This document shows, one piece after another, positions 51,501 through 62,545 of a stretch of 64,000 nt of DNA. This DNA is from Podospora anserina (lineage: Eukaryota): the NCBI GenBank assembly GCA_017654855.1, contig CM030332.1, forward strand, positions 6,944,001-7,008,000, in the 5' to 3' direction. The position numbers and the translations under genes were made by a program. Numbering within the stretch: position 1 is the stretch's first letter; each line of letters starts with the position of its first letter. The notes under the pieces were generated by a model, which was not told where the DNA came from, did no database searches, and saw only the letters and a list, made by a program, of their open reading frames with translations.

Positions 51501-54500
51501 CAGTACTACAACCACGACAACTTCGGTATCAACGAGCAGCACGACGACGACGGGGACATCGACAACCAGTACGACAACTACCGGCACCTCGACAAGTAGC
51601 ACGACGACGACAGGGACGTCGACTTCCAGTACCACGACAACCACCACCTCCACGTCCACCTCTGTCAGTCGAACCACCACAACGAGCAGCACTACGACTA
51701 CCGGCACGGCGACGTCAAGCACCACCACAACCACCACATCCACGAGCCAAACCACGTCAACAAGCAGCACCACCACCACCGGGACGGCAACATCTAGCAC
51801 TACGACGACGACAACGTCTACGTCCACCTCGCTCAGCCAAACCACTTCCACATCCACCGAGACAACCACGTCAACCACCACCTCCTCGGCAACGGTGATC
51901 AGGGTTACGATCGCAACAACCAGCAGCACGTCAACAAGCGTCTCCACGACGAGCACCACATCGACCGTCTCCACAACAACCACGGCAACGAGCACAAGCA
52001 GTACGACGACCACTGGCACATCAACAACCTCGACCACCACCACCCAGGCCAGCACAACAACCACGGGCACAACGACGATTTCAACCACGCTCACCTCGGC
52101 CAGCACCACAACAACGGGGACATCCACCAGCAGTACCACCACCACTGGCACGGCAACTACGAGCACAACCACCACGAACACGTCAACCAGCTCGACGACC
52201 ACCACAGAAACCACCACGTCCTCCGCTACCGTCATCAGAGTCACCATCAGCGGTAGCACTTCCACCAGCGTCTCAACAACCAGCACCACGTCCACCTTTT
52301 CCACCACGACGTCCACCACGGCAAGAAGCACAACAAGCACCACGTCCACCTTCTCCACCACAACGTCCACGACTGCCACCAGTACAAGCAGCACAACTAC
52401 CACTGGCACCGCCACGACGTCCACAACCACCACCAGCACGCAGACTTCCACGACGACAAACACGGCGACAACTTCGACGACGACGACAAGCACAACTAGC
52501 ACCACTACCACTGGCACGTCAACCACGTCGACTACCCTCACCCAAGCGAGCACCACTACCACGGGTACGTCGACGACGACGACAACAACAACAAGCACCA
52601 GCTCCAGCTCCGTCTCCGTCTTCAGAGTGACTATCATCTCCACAAGCAGCACCACAACGGAGACATCCACCACGCGGACGACGTCCACATTGTCGACATC
52701 AACAACGGTCATCAGCACATCCAGCACCACAACTACCGGCACCGCAACGACGTCGACGACCGCCACCAGCACATCCAGCACAACAACCACTGGCACGGCG
52801 ACGACCTCAACAACCACCACCGTGCCTAGCACAACCACAACTGGCACCTCCACCATCTCAACAACCATCACTTCAGCCAGCACAACCACAACCGGCACCT
52901 CGACCTCCCTGACCGCAACAACTAGCACATCCAGCTCCACTACGACAACCATTTCCACATCCACCTCGTCGACAACTACAACCGGCACATCCAGCACCAC
53001 CACCACAACTTCCGCGGTATGTCCCCCCTGAACGCCCCCTGAGCCCCCTCTTTTTCGCCTGTGAAACTAACACATGATCCAGACCACCTCAACAACCAAC
53101 ACCATCACCTCCACCTCCACTGTCTCCATCTTCCGCGTTTCCATCCTCTCCTCCTCCACCACCACAACCTCAACCCGCACAACACTAGTAGATTTCACCA
53201 CCACTCGCACAACAACTGTCGACCTCACAGTCAATGGCGCCGCCCGTCAAGCCTCCGCCGCCGTCTCGCAGGCCCAAGCTGGACGTCAACAAGGCGAGGC
53301 CATCATCGTCGAGATTGACGTCTCTGGCACAAGCGTGGGTATTGTTTCTGCTACAACAACAGGAAGCGTCATGGTTTCCATCTCTGGCACCACCGTACCA
53401 GTGGTTATCACGGCAGCGTCAGTGTTTGCCAGTCAGAGAAGCGCAAGCAGTGCCAGTGTGCGCAGTGCGTCACTTGCGAGCGCGAGCAGGGCGAGCGTCG
53501 CTTCTGTGGCGAGTGTGAGCAGTGCAAGCAGGGCGAGTTTCTTGAGCGCAGCTGGGATAGGGGGCAATGATGTGATTACGGCTGCGGCGGTTTTCAGTGC
53601 TCTGAGAGCAGAGAGTTCGGCAAGGGCCGCGTCCGCCTCTTCAGCTTCGGCTTCGGCTTCGGCTTCGGCTTCGAGGGCGGCAGCAGCAGGGAGACTGCCA
53701 TTGAGTGGACAAGCTATTGGAGTCGGACCTGTGTCCGCTTCGATTGATGTCGGAGTGGGCGCTTTGCCGGTTTCTGCTTCGGTGAACGTTGGTGCTGGAG
53801 GACCGGCTGGTTCTCCCAGCTCGAGCACTTCAAGCTCTGTGACTCCTGTGCGAGCCGGAGCCGGAGCACCAGGCCAAGCGTCCATTTCTGTTTCCCAAGG
53901 CAGAGTTAGCTCACGCTCTTCAGCCACATCCAGTTCAACAACACCACCAGCAAGAGTACCACTCGGTCTCGGCGGTACGTCCGGCCGCTTCACCATCCCC
54001 GCCCAACAACAAGGAATCAGCATGCCCGTCAGCTCAGTTTCCTCCTCATCATCCTCATCCACCGCCCGAGCAGCCCGCCAACAAGGCGGAGCAGCAGGCG
54101 GCATCGTAACAGAAGCTCCCACCACTGTGGCCCCAGCTAGAGCCATCTCATCCGCCTCTGCCACTCCCTCCATCGTAGGAAAGGGCAAGGGATCTGGCGT
54201 GGCAGGAGGGATCGTTGTAGATCCCGACACTCCTGTTGTCAACATCAATACCAACAACGACAACACCAATAACGTCGAGTCAGACTTTGGGGGTGAATTC
54301 GTCCCGGGGGGCGGAGAGGAAGAAGGCACTGGTTTTGGAGCGAGAACCGGGGGAGAATCCGACTTTGGAGCAGAGTTTGTTCCCGGGGGCGGTGAAGAGG
54401 GCATTGTATTTTCTGGAGATGGTCTCACTTCCGACTCCCGCGTCGAGACGGGCTCTGAATTCGGTAACGAGTTTATTCCCAACGGCGGCAGAGATGAAGG

Positions 54501-54813
54501 CACCATCACCTCGGATGATTCCACTACGTCTGAGTCCCTCTTCGGCAGTGAATTCATCCCCAACGGCGGCGAAGAAGAAGGGGCATTTATCGCATCCCCT
54601 AACAACCGGCGGGTCGATAATGTCAATGGGCAGGAAGACGATGGCGGCAGGGTAGAGAAGAGACAAGGCCAAAACGACCCAGTCATTGTTGTCGTTACCG
54701 CTACCGCTACGGATAAGGTAACTGCCACGGCAGAGACGGATGTCACGGCTACGGCGACGGCGACGGCGACAGTTAGGGCGAGGTTTAGGGGCGTGAGGGA
54801 TTATGTTCTTTAA
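42585..54813 (+). CDS. Giant secreted WSC-domain, Thr/Ser-rich mucin-like protein. Exons 42585-43258, 43311-43424, 43494-53016, 53083-54813; 12042 nt, ~4013 aa
   Basis: Signal peptide MRNRTGQAILAVLLTILSFAGITDG. Three WSC-like Cys modules (LGCF..CARAC..CRCG..CQIPCQGNPNQTCGG; YLGCF..CWNRC..CFCG..CNTTC; GCY..CASIC..CYCS..CRVPCGD..ACG). About 9 kb of Thr/Ser codons. All three introns are canonical and the summed exon length is divisible by 3. Confidence 0.88.
44155..53220 (+). repeat. Coding low-complexity Thr/Ser repeat array (~3000 codons)
   Basis: Continuous ACN/TCN/AGY codons with recurring units such as TSTSLTTTSS, TSVSETTSTSSTTTTG and TTTGTSTTS. Confidence 0.95.
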
Positions 54814-57800
54814 TTCTTGAGAGCATTTCTTTTCCGGATGTTTTGAGTATTCTTATCACAGGGGGGGGGGGGCTTTTTTGAGGGAGGAATCTTTTCAGTT
54901 TGGTGGAATTTTCAAGGGGGGTTAAGAAAGGAGTATGTTTGGTGATTTTTTTTGGATGGAGTTTGAGAAAAAGATAAGGAAAATCAGGGAAACGGGGAGT
55001 GAAAAGTGCAAGGAAGGGGTTCAAGAAAGATTGACATTATTGTTTAAAGAAGGAAAAGAGAGAAAGGGGTTTCACTTCTTGAGATATTACAAATGTTTGT
55101 TTTTGTATTATTCTGACGGCGGCGAAGAGGTGTTAAACCCCCCTTACCCCGTTGTTTGTTTTGGAATACACGGTACCTTGAGTTTTTAGGTAGTTTTTAA
55201 TCGATTGAGTCTGTGAAGTTATACACAGATGCTTACACTAGGTGGTTTGTTTTTGGGATGGTGTTTTGTGTGATGCTATGGGAGTGACATGGAAAGAGGT
55301 ATGTCTTGGGCCTTTTAATGTGTTAATATTCTACTGAGGCTCATTTGGCAGAACGACATTCTACAAAGCAAGAGCTCCTTTCTCAGAGCATTGCCCATTT
55401 CCCCTGAGACTAAGCTCAATGAAAGCTCATGTTAGGCAAATAGCTCTCGGCACAGATACTCAGTTTCTCATCCAGCTTCACATAACTTATTCTGTATCCC
55501 CCAACCTCGAACCATTAAGCTAACAATACAGCCAGAGCAGTAAACACACCAGGGGCTCACCACCCCCTCAAAACAAACCCAAGATCTTTCCCAAAGCAAG
55601 CCTTTCAGCCTGTCAGGGCTCCCCAGACTTTTTTCCCTCCGTCAGATCAATCAAGGGGATCTCAACACCCACGTTTCAGCTACCAAACCCGGCGATGCAC
55701 GACACCAGATCATGAGGCTTGCTTTGCCCCTCAAGTCTATTGCCGGTGGGGTTCCAAGAGACGTCAAAGTGTCAAAAAAATCAAAAAAATCAAAAAAAAA
55801 ATCGCTAAGAATAACCAAAAAAGATTCTAGAATCTCAATGATGTGGTGTAGCGTGCCCGACTGCCGAAATAGTCTGTCGTGTCGATGAAGTTGTTTCAGG
55901 GGGCTTGGGTATGGAGTTTGGACCTCCTTTTTGTTTCAACGGCGGCAGTGAGGTTTGTCGTCTGATCAACCTCGCGCCAAAAAAAATAAAAAATATTGTC
56001 AAAGCGATTAGACGCGGCAAGGAGAGGGAGAGATGAACGGTACGGAAGATATCTCCGTACAGAAAAAGGGAGGTGGTTGGTGGAGGCTGCTGAAGCAAGG
56101 ACCCTGTTTGACTGCAGGCAGAAACCGAAGGGATCACAGTGACACGACCCGGCAGTTCATCAGGACACAAGAGTTGGGTTCATCCTATGAATCAACTGCA
56201 CGGTGAATATCGAAATGGCTAATATTGACGGGCTGATGATGCTCTGCTTCTGCCATTGTGTCCTCTTTGCTGCCCGTCCCTTGGTTTCAGGGTGCCATTT
56301 TGCCGGTGAGCCTTCCGAGCACCAAGCAATTCATGCATTCTTACCGGGCTGGTTCCGTTGCCCGGATTTGACTGAATACCGATCGAGTAATACAGCCAAC
56401 GGACAGGATTCGAGTCGTGATATATCGTGATATACTTCCCTTCATTAAGTGGAACAAAACAGGTTGCTGGAAGAGAAGAAAATCCTGGCTATTTGATGGG
56501 AGTGGGGTGCATGCACCGAATCCTTGGTCGGATCACTGGAAAAAAGATGATGTCAGAATCGGTGTTGGCGTCGACATCCGAACCTGCCCTGTGCTGTGCT
56601 TTTCTTCGCGCTGAGCCGCCATTGAATGGCGGGGGGCATCCTGCAGAGACAGGGGTGTTGAAGATGGTGGTGAGAGGCCCGATTTGGTGGGTGGGTGTTT
56701 TCTTTGCAAACTTCACCTTCATGCTGTCAAACCATGATCCTCGACAGCATCCGACCCGACGACGACGCAGGTGTGTCTCGACGGGCGTCAAGCGGGCCTC
56801 GACTCTGAAAAGACTGCATTCCTCCTGCCAGCAATCAGCAGTAGCGTGAGAAAATAAGAGTTTTCTTGGTGAATTGGCGCTCCATGTCTCACCACGTGTC
56901 GAAGGGGTCCTCCAACCCCTCATGCTATTCCTCTTTGACTTCATGCAGACTCTTCCTTTTGATAGCTGTTGCATGTCCCCGCCATTTTTTACCGCTTTTC
57001 TGCTCGACAGTTGTGCAAAACATTGGTTGTCGTGTCGATGTAGGGTCAAAGTCAACAAAAAGCAAACAACCTGTCGACGGTGAGAGAGAAACACCTACCA
57101 CACACCGATTGATCGGTCTTGGCTTGGCCGAGGACCGACCCCGGGTGTGGGACATTCTCGGACACGAAGAATCTCGGGAGTGCGTTGGGAATTCCCGGAG
57201 ATGGTACCTCTCTGCCCGAATCAGAAGTGCAGATGGCGTTGCCGGAGGCGGCAGTTGTGACGCCAATCTGGGCATCGAAACGCGCGCAAGTCCTGAACTC
57301 TGGAAAATGTCCACGATGTCCAAGAGACGCGCTCGGGTGTTGCTGCTCCTCCAGGCTGATGACGTTTCGCGCACAGGGTTACATCCCGAACAGGGAGGCT
57401 CAGAAGATTACCCCCCCACTTGCGGGCTTGCGGGGGTGGGGGGGGGGGGTTTGATGAAGAAGAGAGAAAATCAGCGGGATCGAGAACTCGGAGATCACAT
57501 CTTGAAATTGCGTGGCATTGTGGCCTTGGCTGGTCGTTCAACCACTGAAGTCTCCCTAGAGCCGAGCTTCCGGGTTTTCACAGACACGATCAACAGTTGC
57601 TTTGCATCATGGAAATTCCAGAAAACCCAGAGATTTCGTCGCTGCTGCGACATGATAGGACACTTGCTGGGTGACTATCAGCTTTGACAAGGCTCCAAGG
57701 CTGTACTCACCTCGTGCCAAGATATCTCGCCATATAAAATTGCGCTGCAATTTTGTGAGATGGCCGGTGATATAGCGGGAATTGGCCAACTGACCGGAGC

Positions 57801-58999
57801 CAGACGTCGAAGCCATTTTGGGGCAAGCTCACTGGGATAAGGTCCTCAACAGTGCCCAATTGAGACATGTAAAGACGGCACGAGGTGTGGATTTCCGGAG
57901 CTCTCCCATCTGAAACAGATATCGCCAACACTGAAGGACCCCGCTTCACCGAGTCCTGATCTTGGTCTGTTCAGGCCTGGTCTTCATGGTATGTAGATAT
58001 TGTAGAGCAAGAGAGCAAGAGAGAATAAATTATGTTGTTCGACTCATTGGCTGTCCGGCCACCCGTCTTGTTTGGTACGTCGTGTATCATTGCAAGGGAC
58101 AAATCAGGCTTTATGGTGGTAGCAGGAACAGGTGCAAGGGAACCAAAGATGCGGCCACTGAATCTGGAGCTGCGAAACCGCTGCACCCTGCCATCCATCG
58201 CCATCTGTCAACTATACGACAGACTTGAACATGCCCTTTCTCACCGCGCAGCCGGACCGAAGCAGGAGGGAGGTTGGCGGGTGCAGGAAGAGACACGTTC
58301 TGTAGGCCGGGCTGTAGGCTCCAAGCTGGAGGCAGGGATCAGACGGTGTTTGTTCTGGTCTCACTTGATCTCTTCAACGATGGAGCTGGCGCACGTCCCA
58401 CTCTGGGCAGCCCCACTTTCTTGCTCCTGTGCTCCCTGAACAGAAGGGAAGGGGGGTTCCCTGGCTCAGGCGCATGCACCTCATGTAACAACCAAGACTT
58501 GTTACATCTACAAAGCAACCGCGCGCGCCCCTCCGGGCCCCCCAATCCAGTCCCTCTCTCTTGTCTTGCTCCCATCTTCTTGCCTTCTTCCAGTCGTGTT
58601 TCGACGTCTACTATACGTCTCGGATTCTTCCAGCCTCGCCAGTGCCAGAGCGAGAGGCCAAACAAATCCCAGGAAACACGCCATCCTTTGAGCCAGGGCA
58701 GGCTGGTTTCTGCTGGGCCCATTTGTGTGGCTGTTCAACTCCATTTCTTTCAGTTCAGCTTTTTCCTTTCCTTCCCACCCACCACCCCCCGTTTCCGAAT
58801 TATTCCCAGCCGACAGCCGGCTGCTCTCGCCCCGTGTCTTGACTTGATTGCTGTCCCATAACCCCCGAGAACCTCACCGCGGCACATCACTCCTGGACCA
58901 CGCAGCATTGGAACGGCATGGCACCCGCAATATCCGCATAGCAACACTCTTGCCGTCGACCCTCGGTGGGCTACTGCCCCATAGCCCACTCCTGGCACC

Positions 59000-61900
59000 A
59001 TGGGAAACGCCCAGTCCACTGAGACAGCCCGGAGGTATTCCCAGAAGCTGTCCAAGCCAAAAACCAACAATCATGCCACAGCCGGTCTGTTGAGCCCCAG
59101 CGGCTCCTCAAATAACCCCAAGAGATACTCCAACCGCCCACTGCCAGATCCTCCATTGTCTTCTCCCTCGCCGGTTTCTACCCCAACCTCATCGGTTTTT
59201 GACCAGGCCGACACTGCCCAGACACGCAACGGCCGCAGTGCCTCGTTCACATCAGTCCCAGCTCTGCAACAGGAATCCAAACGAAGAAGCCTGTTCCGCG
59301 TGAGGTCAACCCAAGTTGTGCCTGACGCTGACCATCGGGATAGTATTGGGTCGGGATCGAGGATGGTGGATCTGATGAACAGGGCCAACTCGTTGACGTA
59401 TGAGTCGGCAGTCGCATACTATGGGCCGCCTGAGCCTGAGGAGTATGTTCTGTGTCTGTGGCGATTGCTGGGTCTTGAAAGTCTTGCTAACATCTGTCTG
59501 CACAGGTGGTCATCCGAATCTAGAAGCCGGACATCTTGGAACTATAACTTGACGTCATATGAGGCTAAGCGTTTGTTGAATCTCGTCGAAGAACCAGGGC
59601 TTGAACATGCGACGACCATGTCAGAGAATCGGATGACGGTTGTCACCGAGACCACGTGGAAGAGCTCCAATCCGACGAACCCTCCGAGCACCTCGGTCAC
59701 CCGTGCCAACTCGGAAGTCTCGCTCTATATGCCTGTTCGACGAAGATCCATCATCCAAACGCCAGGCGTCGCTACCCGAGCAAATTCGATGCGCAGCGTT
59801 CCCGGACAACCGAGATTCAATCCACGATATAGTCACCCTCCTACCCCAAGTTTGTCCAGGCAACCGTCTTTCGACTCGTACCGAGATGGAATCGTTTCTA
59901 TGCCGCCTCGGATTGATGATATCGAGTCGATTCCCAGAGCGGTAACGCCGCGCGAGGAAGATTATCAGTCAATTGGTGGTTATAAGTTGGGTTCTTTGCG
60001 TATCACGAACGGGCCCGCCAGCCCTTCGAGTCCGGAGGTGGAGAGAAAAGGTGGGAGTCGGTTCAAGTTGGGGGGAGATGATGACTACTTTGCCAACACG
60101 GCAGCTTCGGACCAGAGCAGCACGACAAACCCGACTACCGCTGCACTACCACCTACACAACAGCCAGATGCTGCGGGGCTCAGTCACACCACCACCACCA
60201 CCACCGTTGTAAGCCAGCAGACAAGCGTTGTCTCTGACGGCGTCTCTGTCACGAGCACTCGACAATACTTGAAGGAGGTCAACATCAGCCCGCTCTCTAT
60301 CCGTTTATCTCCCCCGACAAGCCCGCGACTGCAGACCACATCCAAGCATACCGCCCAGGAGGATTCATTGTTCGAGGATGATGTTCTGTCGGAGATTGCA
60401 GCTGCCGAAATTCTGGATGTTCGTCTGGATCCCAGTGCAAAGCCATCTCAAGTCACTCCGACCAAGGCTCTGTCCAGAAGCGACAGCGGATTCATCTCGA
60501 CGACGAGCCCCTCCCCCGAATCCCCGCACAAGCCATTGACAAAAGCCGATTCCGGCTATAGCTCAAATGTTTCTCTCCGCTCCTTCAAGGCGAAGGATCA
60601 ACCTTCTAAGAAGGAGAGCATGCGCTCGCTTGAGGGCCGGTCGGAAGCAAACCGCCGGAGCAGCTCAGTCAGATCCAATGAGCGGGAGCAGATTGTGCCG
60701 GCCTATGTCATAGCACCACCGAGAGAAGCACCGCCTCCTCCAGTACCTCCGAAAGATGCTCGCCGCGAGAGCCCGGGTCCGTCGCCCAACCCAAGGTCTG
60801 CCAGACAATCGAGCCGCTCCACCAGCAACCTAGCTCCGGAGAGTAGCCTCAACAGAGCGGGAAACTCTAGGGCGCCGCTTTCTCTGACTCCAATCAAGAA
60901 CCTCCGATCTCGTGATCGCGGACCAGCGTCTCCCGAATCTGTCCCCACTCCTGTCAGTGCCAAATCGTCAAAGTCTGACAAATCTACCTTGAGCATTGGG
61001 ACCAAGCCTCAGAAACCCAACAGACTCCAGAGACTCCTAAGCAGTGCTCGCCGCTCTGCAGCTGGCCCACTGGAAGCCCATGCGACACATGCTGTTGAGC
61101 AGAACGCCATTCCGTCGATACCAAGAGAGGTGGAAAGCAAGCTTCAGGAGCACAATGGCAGGTTTCCCATAACGACCAAGAGGCTGGCACTGAGGCCTCG
61201 AGCCAGTTTGGATACTCTGAAGACCATTTTCAGTGTTGGAAGCATGGAGGCTAGTCTCGATGCCCTTCACACGGCTCAGAAGCCTCCTGCTACTGCTGAA
61301 TCAGGAGCAGAGCACAGCGCAAAGGAGAGTTCGTGGAGGCAAACCATGCACTCTGTGCCCACGCACATTGCGCACGTCGCCTCGCAAGTTATGCCGAAGA
61401 AGCCCATCGTGCGGAAGCCTGTAGCAGCTCGGCAGAGTTTGGAGAACCGAAGGAGCGTGGATGGCAGGCCACGGCTTGTTTCTGAATTTGCCAACAGCTC
61501 GCCTAGGCACTCTCACGAAGCGACACTTGATGCTCTGGTGGGTGGTCGTGCAGTCATCTACTCGCCCCCAGACGAGGACCAGGAGGATACGAGGTATGCC
61601 ATCGCGCACACCGAACTGCTTGCTTCGCTTCCATCACCCTTGCTTCCTAGCCCACTCGCCAAGGCGATGTCCATGAGCAGCAAGACCAACACACCACCTC
61701 CGGTTAGTATGGCGACGAGGCGCCAGATGTCCCTTCGCGTGCCACCGCCCTTACGATCACAGTCATCCAACTCGAGTCTTCACCGCACGGCCAGCCGCGA
61801 GAGCATTCAGAGCTATCCTGCTGCTCAATCCCTCTCGAGGAAGCCCAGCAGGGAGAGTATTCGCAGCTACCCATCATACCAGCAAGGAATGATTCCGGAC

Positions 61901-62497
61901 GCGGCTCTGCCCTCTGCTGCACCCACAATGGATCCCCGCCGCCTTTCAGCATTCCGTCAGTCGAGCAACAGGCCCTCCGCCTGGGAAGTTCAGTCTGAGT
62001 ACGGCGGACTTTCCCGCCAGCCTTCATACACATCGATGAATGGTGGCAGCAGGCGGGGCTCACTCAGCTCAGTCCAGGAGCACGAAGAGGATGTCATCAA
62101 GCGCCCTAGCAGTGCTCAGCCATGGCAGATGCGGTCAAGTCAGCAGCAGCAGCCCTTGAGGCACCGGGCCAGTCACGATGAGTGGAACCAGTTCGCAAGA
62201 CGGCCACAAGCTGGACATCCTCCCTCCATGTCCAACGGCTACACAGCAACCTCCAAGCCAGTGTATGAACCGCGGTATGCGCAACAGCAACACACCCCGG
62301 CCAGCACCTGGAGCCGGAGTCAGCTTGATGCCTCGGCTGGGCAGTGGTACCAAGATGCATCTTACCCCCAGGTGCCACGAGGACATTATCGCAAGCGCAG
62401 CATGAGCTTGCAAAACTCGTATGGACCAAAACCCCCCTACCGAGTGTTGCATAGCTACAACTCGCCCGCCTATCGCAACGCCCCTATTTGGGGATGA
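59000..62497 (+). CDS. Uncharacterised Ser/Pro/Arg-rich disordered protein with an N-myristoylation motif. Exons 59000-59442, 59506-62497; ~1144 aa
   Basis: Long ORF starting MGNAQS. A 63-nt GTATGT...GCTAAC...CAG intron explains the one out-of-character hydrophobic stretch. No catalytic domain recognised. Confidence 0.85.
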   Translation: MGNAQSTETARRYSQKLSKPKTNNHATAGLLSPSGSSNNPKRYSNRPLPDPPLSSPSPVSTPTSSVFDQADTAQTRNGRSASFTSVPALQQESKRRSLFRVRSTQVVPDADHRDSIGSGSRMVDLMNRANSLTYESAVAYYGPPEPEEYVLCLWRLLGLESLANICLHRWSSESRSRTSWNYNLTSYEAKRLLNLVEEPGLEHATTMSENRMTVVTETTWKSSNPTNPPSTSVTRANSEVSLYMPVRRRSIIQTPGVATRANSMRSVPGQPRFNPRYSHPPTPSLSRQPSFDSYRDGIVSMPPRIDDIESIPRAVTPREEDYQSIGGYKLGSLRITNGPASPSSPEVERKGGSRFKLGGDDDYFANTAASDQSSTTNPTTAALPPTQQPDAAGLSHTTTTTTVVSQQTSVVSDGVSVTSTRQYLKEVNISPLSIRLSPPTSPRLQTTSKHTAQEDSLFEDDVLSEIAAAEILDVRLDPSAKPSQVTPTKALSRSDSGFISTTSPSPESPHKPLTKADSGYSSNVSLRSFKAKDQPSKKESMRSLEGRSEANRRSSSVRSNEREQIVPAYVIAPPREAPPPPVPPKDARRESPGPSPNPRSARQSSRSTSNLAPESSLNRAGNSRAPLSLTPIKNLRSRDRGPASPESVPTPVSAKSSKSDKSTLSIGTKPQKPNRLQRLLSSARRSAAGPLEAHATHAVEQNAIPSIPREVESKLQEHNGRFPITTKRLALRPRASLDTLKTIFSVGSMEASLDALHTAQKPPATAESGAEHSAKESSWRQTMHSVPTHIAHVASQVMPKKPIVRKPVAARQSLENRRSVDGRPRLVSEFANSSPRHSHEATLDALVGGRAVIYSPPDEDQEDTRYAIAHTELLASLPSPLLPSPLAKAMSMSSKTNTPPPVSMATRRQMSLRVPPPLRSQSSNSSLHRTASRESIQSYPAAQSLSRKPSRESIRSYPSYQQGMIPDAALPSAAPTMDPRRLSAFRQSSNRPSAWEVQSEYGGLSRQPSYTSMNGGSRRGSLSSVQEHEEDVIKRPSSAQPWQMRSSQQQQPLRHRASHDEWNQFARRPQAGHPPSMSNGYTATSKPVYEPRYAQQQHTPASTWSRSQLDASAGQWYQDASYPQVPRGHYRKRSMSLQNSYGPKPPYRVLHSYNSPAYRNAPIWG

Positions 62498-62507
62498 TGT
62501 GAGCGGG

Positions 62508-62538
<31 letters not shown>

Positions 62539-62545
62539 ACACACA
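62508..62545. repeat. (CA)n microsatellite just after the stop codon
   Basis: Near-perfect run visible in the sequence. Confidence 0.95.

Noticed and set aside
44205-53006. Very long minus-strand poly-Val ORFs (1060, 348 and 1373 aa)
   Set aside because: Reverse-complement by-product of the Thr/Ser codon array (GTN-rich frames with few stops)
53433-54746. 437-aa minus-strand ORF
   Set aside because: Antisense to the last exon of the WSC mucin
56866-57687. 273-codon ORF in the 55-59 kb intergenic region
   Set aside because: Non-ATG start, random-like composition and no domain motifs
59443-59505. Hydrophobic segment YVLCLWRLLGLESLANICLHR as a possible membrane helix
   Set aside because: It is the translation of a canonical 63-nt in-frame intron
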